Shown here: piece by piece, positions 55,369 to 64,000 of the stretch
Position numbering within the stretch: position 1 is the first letter of the stretch
How the letters are laid out: each line of letters starts with the position of its first letter
NCBI GenBank assembly: GCA_977017575.1
Contig: CDRNVI010000043.1
Location: 124,001-188,000 of the forward strand
Direction of reading: 5' to 3'
Origin: Paramoeba atlantica
Lineage: Eukaryota > Protista > Discosea
Length of the DNA: 64,000 nt
Translations under genes and position numbers: made by a program
Notes under the pieces: model-generated
Seen by the model: only the letters and a program-made list of their open reading frames with translations
What the model was told of the DNA's origin: nothing
Databases searched by the model: none

Positions 55369-56727
55369 TCAAAGTGCAGGTTGCATCATCGTAGCGTGTG
55401 GCTCCTCATTTTGGCTTACATCAAGAAAAAAGTCTTGCGCTGATACATCGACCACAATTACATTGGAGAAACCAGAAGCTGCTTCTTTTTGAACATCTAT
55501 GACCTCATGCTGGTGTGCTTTCATTCCATATACTCTCCTTGCAATGGTATAATCCTCGTCGCTCGAATACAGCTCAGCAAGAGTCTGATTGCAAATCAAT
55601 GTGCTACCAGTAGTGAGAGATTCATCAGAATTTAAACTTGAGTCTACAGGTCGAACGCAACCCACAATCCAACCACGAATGCGATCAAGCTCTTCCAATT
55701 CCTTTAAGAAAGAGGTGGCTATCGAGATATTTGCAAGAGCAATTAAGAGACCACCGGATGTTTCCACACTGCGACCCTCCAAAAGGACGTTACTTTGTTT
55801 TGTTGTTCCAGCTATGCACGGGAGAGTATGTATTTGTAGACGTAATGAACTTCTTTGCGCTTCGGCAAGATTTGTAGCGTGTCCGAGTATACCATACCCT
55901 GTTATATCTGTAGCCCCATGTGCCCTATATTTGTGCATAAGACGAGCAGCCGTACGGTTATGATGCAACATAGAACGAACAGCTAGCTGATAATCTTCAA
56001 TGATTTCATTTGCTTCCTCTAGGCTGGAAACTTCGTTCCTGTCTCGAGCAACGTTATACCGATGTACGGCAGGTTGCGTTCCTAACGGCTTCGTCAGAAC
56101 CAGTACATCCCCAACTTCGAGTCCGCTGGGTGGAATAAAGTCATCCTCGTGCACTACGGCGGTTGCGACTCCCCCAATTATGGGCCAGGGGTTCAGTATT
56201 GTTTGACCGCCTGAGACCTGACAATCAGCTTGACGCATTCCGTCCGCAAAGCCTTGCATCATAAGACGTGTAACAGTATTTCGTATGTCACCACATATTT
56301 CTGTACAACTACCTACTAACATTAATGTGGTATCAGCACGATCTATTCCAAGGCTGTATACATCAGATAAGACGTTAGCAGCTCCAATAAGACCTTGCGT
56401 ATAAGGATCGTCAACGAGAGGAAAGAAGAAGTCTGTGGTTGACACAATGTACAGAGTATGACCATGGATCTTGCTCAGTGGTTTAATCGAACAGTCGATA
56501 TTGTCAGAATTAGTAACACAATGAATTCCTGAACTTTCTAAAAGATTTTTAAGAACACAGCGGGGTACTTTGCAACCTCAGCCTCGCAAGGATGAGTATT
56601 TCGTAAGACGAAAATCAAGGGGCAAATCACTTGTCTTCGTAGATGTCGAGTTCGCCTCAGCAATGCAGTTGAAGTTGATAGCTTTTTGCGAAATAGAGGC
56701 AGAGCTTCTATTTTCCACCTTATTCAT
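55369..56727 (-). CDS. SEPHS2: Selenophosphate synthetase with in-frame UGA = Sec at codon 50 (452 aa)
   Basis: Frame extends upstream of the ORF track to ATG 56727: DFRLTKYSSLRG-TGA(56580-56578)-GCKVP. Also TTDFFFP, ANVLSDVY, GGQT, TKPLGT, TDITGYGILGH, ETSGGLL. Confidence 0.93.
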
Positions 56728-57438
56728 TAACTACAACTGAGCACGGAATAATACGCAACTTGACAATATTCTTGACCTATGGTGTGATCTGCCTTTTCGT
56801 ATGAGCACGCAGCCCGACGTCTGTCTTTGATACTCCGAGTCGATGCAACAAAAAACTATATTCTATTGAAAATTACAAACAGACAAGAAATACACAAAAT
56901 GTTCGAACCTGATGACAAACAGAGAACTTTATGCATTTATCTGAATATCTAAGTTTGAGCACTGTTCAGAGGCACATTCAACTAGTAGAAGTACACTACT
57001 ACACCAAGAAATATTTTTGATTTCAAATTTGATTTCCCTTAACAAGGCAATTTTATGTATACAGACAACATGAAGCATAATTCACATACATGTATAAAAT
57101 TAATTACAAGTAGTGGAATGCACAATGCAGAGAATTTGGGTAAAATAACATGAGAACACGTACTCTTCTGTTTGTGATTTTTCGTTAATAGTGCATTTAT
57201 TCGCGCTTTAATATCCTCTTGTAACATATTACTTCAAAAATAGATGATATCGCTCTGCCCCTACTACTTTTTTATAAAAAGTTTATTTTGTTCAATAATA
57301 CTCTTTGCGAAACCACGAAACCTTCAGATTTAAAGATCAGGCGCAATACGACATCATCGAGCCCACAAAGTTTCTAACATGCTCATGTACTAGTATTTAC
57401 CTGTGCGTACTATAGTGAGAATCTAAATGCCGCTTTAC

Positions 57439-59286
57439 CTACGTTGCCTGTCGCTTGCTACTAGATTCTTCGCGCCTCTCACGGTCAAACAACTCACGAA
57501 GGCGGTCATCATCCGCGTGGTCCGTACCCTCTCCCGCTCTCTGCACCCGAGAGCGTTTCCGTCGCATTTCCGCCCGTTCAGGATATAAAATGTCACAATT
57601 CGGTCGAATGTGTCCCATACGCTGACAATAGGAGCACTGCACCTTTCCTCGCAATTCCGGTTGCTTGTCAAAGCAGCGATCCTCCGTGTGTCCGGTTTTG
57701 TGACAATAGTCGCAGACCAGACTGGCCCGAGTTCGCTCTCTCTCGGCAAAGTCAATGCGATCCGAGGGTCGAGGGTGACGCTCGGGGTAGCCCTCCGCAG
57801 GGGGCCGGCCATACAAACCCATCTCATAGGCCGGGGGAGGGGGAGGAGCCCCGGAGAGGCCACCGTGATGCCGCGTGTGCAGCAACTCAGGGTGAAGCAC
57901 AAAGCAACGCTCCGGGAGGTGATTCATCTTGCCACACCCCGGGCATGGAGGGAGACGGGAGGGGTAGGGCAGAGGGGGGCCAGGCGGGAGGCCCATAGAG
58001 AGATAGCCCTCGTGTGGGGGAGGCATTCCGCTGTGCGAGTAGGCCCCATCCGCGGAGGGGTACGTAGTTTGCGAGTTCGTAGTTCCTGGGACAGGACACT
58101 CATCAGCGTGATGCCCCTTCGCTTCACACTTGATGCAGACCCCACCGGGACCACAGCCCAAGCTTTCTAGATTTTGTACTTGGGCTTGTTTCGTACGTAG
58201 TCCGGAAGCAATAAACATGGAAAGTCGAGTGTCTTTGATTTTCCCGCTCATGGTTTCGGCATCTTTTGTCATGGAGCACAACTTACGGTGCAACAAAGTG
58301 TAGTGATTAACAGCGTGCGCTGCGTAGTCACGCAAAGAATCGGATAGTGGTCGTTCGCCCCATTTCTCGGGGGTGAGCTCTTCTTCCATACTCTCCAGAT
58401 TGGACGCCATAGGTTTCATTTGGAGCACTTTCTTGATAAAATGCGAAAGCGGTCTCACCTGGTTCACGCCAGCTGTCTCCCACTCCCAAAGAAGCCCCAG
58501 AGATTGAATGTCAACCAGGTTCCCGAAACGCATTTCGGCCTTCTTAATCAGGGACGGGGCAATCTTTTCGATATCAAACACGAGTGTTTTTAGATCACTG
58601 TCACTGAAAACAGGACCCAACAGCTTTGTCACCACTGGAAGTGAAAGTGCCACGACGTCGATAACATAAATACATGACTCATCATCCGGGGCGACGGCCA
58701 GCAACTCAATCGCACTGTCAGAGCCCTTTACGTGTGGCTCCACGCTTACCATGGTGCACCCCGCAAGTGTGGTGCACGCGCCCAGGAGCTTATCCGGGGT
58801 CGAGATCACGTGAATTGGGGGCAGGAACTTGGCGGGGGCCAGGATAGTTTCCCCGCTTGCCTTCGGGTGCGTGGGGATATCCCGGTACGAAGCTGGTGGG
58901 GGGTAGGAGACATGCGGGCCCTCATACGGGCTGCTTCTGGGGTGCGTCACACCGGGGTGGGCAGGGTACCGGTAGCCCTGCGGGGGATACGGGGTTGTTC
59001 GCCACTCTCGAGGATTCGGCGGGGGTGGTGGGTAGTAGGCAGCGGGTGGTGGGTAGGCATCATTTGGGCGATACATGTCGTGGCCACTTGGGGGGTAGCT
59101 CGCGGGGTAGGGCTCGTGCCTGTGTGGGTAAGGGGGAGGTCCGCGAGGGGTATCGTACTGAGGGGGAGCGGTAGAATACTCACTTGGGTGCGCGTCACTG
59201 GGGTGGATGGGATAAGGGCGCTTGTCGTATGCCCCGCGAGGAGCGTCATCCAAGTGCCTCTGATAATCCTTGTGATCGTCCGACAT
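57439..59286 (-). CDS. Pro/Tyr-rich protein with a degenerate DEDDy 3'-5' exonuclease-like domain and four CCHC knuckles
   Basis: IYVIDV, LVDIQ, WGERPLS..LRDYAA; acidic catalytic positions appear replaced. CxxCxxxxHxxxxC four times. Confidence 0.7.
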   Translation of the reverse strand: MSDDHKDYQRHLDDAPRGAYDKRPYPIHPSDAHPSEYSTAPPQYDTPRGPPPYPHRHEPYPASYPPSGHDMYRPNDAYPPPAAYYPPPPPNPREWRTTPYPPQGYRYPAHPGVTHPRSSPYEGPHVSYPPPASYRDIPTHPKASGETILAPAKFLPPIHVISTPDKLLGACTTLAGCTMVSVEPHVKGSDSAIELLAVAPDDESCIYVIDVVALSLPVVTKLLGPVFSDSDLKTLVFDIEKIAPSLIKKAEMRFGNLVDIQSLGLLWEWETAGVNQVRPLSHFIKKVLQMKPMASNLESMEEELTPEKWGERPLSDSLRDYAAHAVNHYTLLHRKLCSMTKDAETMSGKIKDTRLSMFIASGLRTKQAQVQNLESLGCGPGGVCIKCEAKGHHADECPVPGTTNSQTTYPSADGAYSHSGMPPPHEGYLSMGLPPGPPLPYPSRLPPCPGCGKMNHLPERCFVLHPELLHTRHHGGLSGAPPPPPAYEMGLYGRPPAEGYPERHPRPSDRIDFAERERTRASLVCDYCHKTGHTEDRCFDKQPELRGKVQCSYCQRMGHIRPNCDILYPERAEMRRKRSRVQRAGEGTDHADDDRLRELFDRERREESSSKRQAT

Positions 59287-59579
59287 GTTCTGCTCGTAAA
59301 ATAAGTTTCGATAATATTTCTACCTTCTTCGCTTTGAACGTTATTTTTATTACTGATTAGAGAGATATAGGAGTACTTATACACACATACTGTACGTAGG
59401 TTTAAATATTAAAAGGCTGAAATGCGGTAGCCGGGTCAAAAATTCCTTAAATTTCATACCTAGTACTTTAGATTGTCTTGCAAAAGTGATTGCTACTGGT
59501 GAACCAATTACTTTTTTAATGGAAAATAAGTTCTCTGACTCATTCCTATACAGCAACGAAACCCATCGGAGTTGAACTG

Positions 59580-60566
59580 CTAAATTCTGCCCAGCAACGC
59601 ACGTCTCGAATTGAGGTACCAATCCCACTCTCGCTCTACAAAAATACACAACAAGACATCCTTATTTTCTGAACCACGTGTATTATGAAACATGTATTTA
59701 TTGCTACATTCGTCATCTTTATCCCTTTGTCTCTCTAAACCTAATAACGAAAGCAATCCTTTGCGGTGTTCAACTTTTTTTGATGAAGGCACGAAACATT
59801 CCTTGTCCACTTTGTGAAGTTGTTGAAAGGCACAAACGAGTGCCTCCATTGTCATGTTAGGCAGGTCGTTGCTCCACTTACCGGAAGATATACCAGAACT
59901 AAGTGGGGGTAGCCGCAAAATGTGACACGGGCTTCTAGAAAATTCATGGAGAATATTGCGATACACTCGGGCAAGCTCTTGTATCGCTTGGTGTCGAGAG
60001 TACTGACCCGTAGAAAGGTCAGGGCTGCGAGTATGTATAACATGTTTGTTTTCACCATACACACGATACACGGCTTGATCACTATCGAGCAAGCTGTCGG
60101 CAACCGAGACTTCGTCAGCATCAGAGTTGTGAGGCCCGAGCCACTTCAGCAGGTGCCCGCTTGATGTGCCTAGACTCTGCCTAGAGTTAAGATTTGTGCA
60201 TCTCGTGTCCACTATAGCGGTGTCCTCATCAGGAGGAGGGGCTATAGTGAGCATAGAGCGGCTTCCACTTGAGAGTTGGGTTCCCATCACTCCGTACGGT
60301 ACAAATATCATTTGTTTGAGAAACGGAACGCTTTCATTCTCTCGCGTGAGGTATCGAATGAGCAGTTTATAAGCGATGTAGCCAGCAAGCAGTGCGCTGC
60401 TTCTCTTTAGAAAGCTTACATAGGGATTCCTTCTTTTGGTCTCAACTGGACCGTAAAGCTGTTTGGGAGCACGAGGACGATTATCGGAAATAAAATTCCA
60501 TCGACATTGTGAGGGATTGAAATTTGGATTGAAACGTTCTGGAAGAGACATTCTCCGGCGGTTCAC
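59580..60566 (-). CDS. 328-aa protein with a macrodomain-like C-terminal half and one hydrophobic segment
   Basis: VIHTRSP...LARVYRNIL...RLPPLSSGISSG resembles the macro fold core; ALLAGYIAYKLLI. Confidence 0.5.
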   Translation of the reverse strand: MNRRRMSLPERFNPNFNPSQCRWNFISDNRPRAPKQLYGPVETKRRNPYVSFLKRSSALLAGYIAYKLLIRYLTRENESVPFLKQMIFVPYGVMGTQLSSGSRSMLTIAPPPDEDTAIVDTRCTNLNSRQSLGTSSGHLLKWLGPHNSDADEVSVADSLLDSDQAVYRVYGENKHVIHTRSPDLSTGQYSRHQAIQELARVYRNILHEFSRSPCHILRLPPLSSGISSGKWSNDLPNMTMEALVCAFQQLHKVDKECFVPSSKKVEHRKGLLSLLGLERQRDKDDECSNKYMFHNTRGSENKDVLLCIFVEREWDWYLNSRRALLGRI

Positions 60567-60939
60567 ATTAGAAAGAAAGCCAGTAATATTAAATAACGTC
60601 AGAGAAAGTGAACTGCAATAGACCCAAGAACGAAAATAAAACCTTCTCTTTTACTCTCTATTAATAGAGAAGAATTTTCAGAAGTCTTATCATCATTGAC
60701 CCATTTATAACGTACACTGTAGTACATGCCCAGCTTTTTAGATGGATGGAATACGTAAAGTATATCGTGAAAGACTGTTTTCAATTGGTTTGAAACCCTT
60801 GTTGGAGTCCTTGTTCTGAAGCGTAATTTTTGGAAAATATATATTTTTTGATTTGCTTTAGAGCATTAGTCGATGATATACCAATTACGTGAAACATTAC
60901 ATTTACATGTAAAAGAATTCATATTACTTTATCGCTATC

Positions 60940-61971
60940 TTATATCACAGATCTCAAAGTTTTAGCCGTCTGGATAGAATGCTTGACTACTCGCTGCAAG
61001 GATATGATGCTCAGTAAAAGAAGGACCATCAGGTGGAATTTATCAGAAAATCTTAGAAATTCTGCGGGAAAGTATGTTGTCGGGAATTTTGTAATCTTGT
61101 TCAAAAAATGATTTCTGTTTTTCCACCAATGCGAAATTCGACGTAGATAATTTTGTAATATTGCTAAAAGACGACGAGCCAGGGTTCTGAAGGTGAAAAA
61201 AAATTGCTTAGTGAATGTGTCATTGTTCGCGTCAAAATTAGAGTCCAGAAAAGGAACAGCTCCCAATTCCTCCTTCGCATTCGTCAACCGTGAATCAATT
61301 TTTTGTAAAATCTGATTGTAGGTATCATTTCCGACCCGAGGGAGAAGAATAGTTGCATTTCGAATTAGATAGTCTCGACATTTCGGAAGGTCTTGCTCGT
61401 ATGATGCTATAAGAATATCAAGAGCCGACGTGGCTACCCAGGTTACACCAAGTTCACCTTTGCACTTATTTTCAACATGACCACATGGAAGTGCAAAAAT
61501 TAAATATTCGCAAATATCTCGAACAGGTATTGGAGATTGAAGTTCCCGAATTTGGTACTTAATTCTGGTGTATAGGAGTAATGAGCTAGGAGAAGCACGC
61601 TTCCATAAATCGGATTTCAAAGAGCCTTTGCTCAAGTAGATAATTTCAAAGAATTCTATAGCTTGCGGCAGCTTGTCAAGCTCAAAAAGGTTTTGCAAGA
61701 CCAAAAGCACAGCTCTATTGAAGTCTGATCTGGTGTAGCTGCCCTGTGACACCTCATAGTGTTTTAAAGCTAACAAGGTCCAATTCAAGGAAATTGAAAA
61801 ATCAGCACATGAAAGTAGCTCTTCGCACGTATCAAGGTATTCGCAACAAATTTTTTCCGAGGTACCGTTGTGAAGCTGAGTTTTCAGTTGCAAGGAAGTG
61901 ACGCTTGTTTCTGCCTGAATGGGAACTATACCGTTTTGGTGCCACGAGTCAAATAGATTTTTAAGCTTCAT
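60940..61971 (-). CDS. 343-aa helical protein with C-terminal TM segment; possible PEX26/APEM9-like
   Basis: VLLVLQNLFELDKL...FFEIIY resembles PEX26 GIQALAEMDRW...VLQYY by eye; tail anchor LMVLLLLSIIS. Product tentative. Confidence 0.4.
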   Translation of the reverse strand: MKLKNLFDSWHQNGIVPIQAETSVTSLQLKTQLHNGTSEKICCEYLDTCEELLSCADFSISLNWTLLALKHYEVSQGSYTRSDFNRAVLLVLQNLFELDKLPQAIEFFEIIYLSKGSLKSDLWKRASPSSLLLYTRIKYQIRELQSPIPVRDICEYLIFALPCGHVENKCKGELGVTWVATSALDILIASYEQDLPKCRDYLIRNATILLPRVGNDTYNQILQKIDSRLTNAKEELGAVPFLDSNFDANNDTFTKQFFFTFRTLARRLLAILQNYLRRISHWWKNRNHFLNKITKFPTTYFPAEFLRFSDKFHLMVLLLLSIISLQRVVKHSIQTAKTLRSVI

Positions 61972-62287
61972 TTGATACGATTAGATAATCTAAATGATGA
62001 ATGTCATACGATTGGTATGAAAGCGTTTGAGCAAAACTTTTTCTCAAAAAAACACCGTTTAATTCACTGAAATTAACATTGAGTTAAAGGGTGGTATTAA
62101 TTCACCATTTAATTTATCGTTCACAGGTTTGGCAGCCGAACCATTTTGGACAGGTTCGTAGAGCATCCACTTGAACTCACGCTTTGCCCCCTGTAGGTCG
62201 GGCTACACGTCAAACTCAAAGGTTTTGTCTCTGAACGCATACTGCCGTTGTAGGGGATTTGTTTGAGGTGGGCCCCTAAACGCAGTC

Positions 62288-62319
62288 TCCCTGGTATCGG
62301 ATCGATCCGATACCAGGGA
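62288..62319. repeat. Perfect 32-bp palindrome
   Basis: TCCCTGGTATCGGATC-GATCCGATACCAGGGA. Confidence 0.95.
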
Positions 62320-62464
62320 AAGGCGTCCCACCCAGTGGGAATGGCTTCAAACTGAAATACCTATTGTCCGTTCTCTATCCATACGATTTACTTACTTTGT
62401 ACAGAATAATACAATTGATTTTGTCGCGAATTTACCTTAATTCTTAACAGATACTTTTCGCCGT

Positions 62465-62996
62465 TTAAGAGTATGTTGCATCGCGTTTGAAAATATGCCG
62501 TGGAATATGTAGGCAAAAGTTGCATCTGTACTTCTCTATCAAAACTTCGGGGGATAGATCTAGCGATTCGAGATCTCGTTGCACCTCTCTAGCCCATGAG
62601 CTCTCATTAAAATTTGACAAATACGGCATGCAAGCCAAGTCGTTGTTATCTATCTCATCCGTTTTAAATAGAATAGATTTGATAGGGTGTAAGGCATTTG
62701 CGCGAAAGATGCGACCGGCAAGCGCAAGTCTGTGCAGAGAGATGAGAATAGCTATGGATGGTAAGCCAGCGTGAGCTTGTAAAGCAAAATGTGAAATATA
62801 GTGTTTTCTACCCCATGCGTCAAAGTAATAGAAGATGTCAAGAACACTGGATAGATGGTTAATGTATGTCCTATTGAGATCGAATAAGTCTTTTGAGGAC
62901 AGAACCCATGATTCCGCTCCATATATAAGAATCGGCAGCACACACGTCTTATATACAGTCCAGGTACTGGTTTCCTCCCCCAGGCTCCAGAGCACA
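62465..62996 (-). pseudogene. 3' remnant of an RTE-like LINE RT ORF
   Basis: VYKTCVLPILIYGAESW, RLALAGRIFR, WAREVQRDL are typical post-RT LINE motifs. Confidence 0.8.
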
Positions 62997-63633
62997 CCGT
63001 AAGAGCTTTTGACCTAATTCCTTCGGCATTCAACAGATCTCGAAAAACTAGAGCGTTTCCCGCCGTTTGCGTGCCTATCACCCTCCCTGGGTCAAAAATG
63101 TTTAGAAAAAGCACGAAAAAATAGCATAAGTTTACTAAAAAATCCAAATATTTCGAAAATTTGGGAGTTTTCTATTCAAATATGGTTTCTCATTCTATGA
63201 ATTTGAGGGATACTCCCGTCAAATCTACTAAAGACCAGTACTAAAGGCCAGTACAACTCGACGAAAAGCAAGATACCCCCTATTACCCATAAAACGTCAC
63301 GATGTGCACTCGCAGAGCGCCTTAACCGAATTGTTAAGGAAAATTTGATACCAGAGACTGAAAAACAGCTCCGGAAGGCGCTAAAGAAAGCCTTTATGAT
63401 GCTTAAGCCTCATCCTCATGGGCGCTAATTCTTAATTTGCATAAATTCAGTTCCTAAACGCTTGCGAATTGTGCGGAGCGTTCAAGGAGACCATTGTAGG
63501 TACTAATATATAGGAATCTATACTAATATATCTATCTGTACTAATATACAACTTTGGGATGCAACTTTGGGAAACGCACTAGCTTTTCGAGATCTGTCGA
63601 ATGCCGAAGGAATTAGGTCAAAAGCTCTTACGG
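62997..63633. mobile_element. 637-bp MITE-like element with 64-bp terminal inverted repeats
   Basis: 62997-63060 vs reverse complement of 63570-63633, about 3 mismatches; non-coding interior; no TSD seen. Confidence 0.75.
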
Positions 63634-64000
63634 AAAAATGGTGTATGAAACCCTAAGGATGATCAAATCTCGCCATTTTCCCCCCAATTTTTAAGAGTTT
63701 TGAAGGGCACCCCAAATACCAAAATTATTTACTTGTATTTCATCAGCACATCTTCTGGGGCCATTCGTGCTTTCAATTTCCAATTTCGCTCGTTAATGTG
63801 TTGTCCATGCAGTATCGATGCCCTACCGAACTCTACAAGTCTGTCACATCTTTTGACAACCTGGTGTGCTACAATTTGAGCCGTAGAACTCTTATTTTCT
63901 ATAAATATCCCAGAATCGCTTGGTCAATGTCTTCTCTTTCGTCAACACCTCTTTAGAAGGATTGTAAAATCGCTCAACATTTGAAGTACTGTACCCCCCC

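Noticed and set aside
57610-59304. Plus-strand ORFs of 105-190 aa opposite the exonuclease-like gene
   Set aside because: GC-rich antisense shadows of a Pro-rich coding region; no motifs.

Overview
Eukaryotic, intron-poor DNA whose organisation resembles kinetoplastid/euglenozoan protists (inference). It has three zones. (1) 1-27.1 kb is a nest of retroelements: CRE/SLACS-clade non-LTR elements (RT plus restriction-like endonuclease), three VIPER/TATE/DIRS-type tyrosine-recombinase (YR) retrotransposons (gag-YR-RT/RNase H), an APE-type LINE with a 15-bp TSD, a tandem array of ~1-kb non-autonomous rolling-circle elements, and tRNA-Ser. (2) 27.1-47.9 kb holds a Helitron2-like element (2965-aa Zn-finger/HUH-Rep/Pif1 protein plus a small RRM gene), its deletion derivative and mini copies, minisatellites, and six tRNA genes including tRNA-Sec 3 nt behind tRNA-Ile. 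(3) 48-63 kb is a run of intronless genes all on the minus strand, including a selenophosphate synthetase with an in-frame UGA (Sec) and a candidate SECIS, followed by a LINE remnant and a MITE. The most striking signal is in the YR elements. In all three, a known -1 slippery heptamer at the end of gag opens a reading frame that stays stop-free across the whole YR gene and runs into RT, while YR lies in the gag frame behind the gag stop. This suggests frameshift plus readthrough expression; it is untested.
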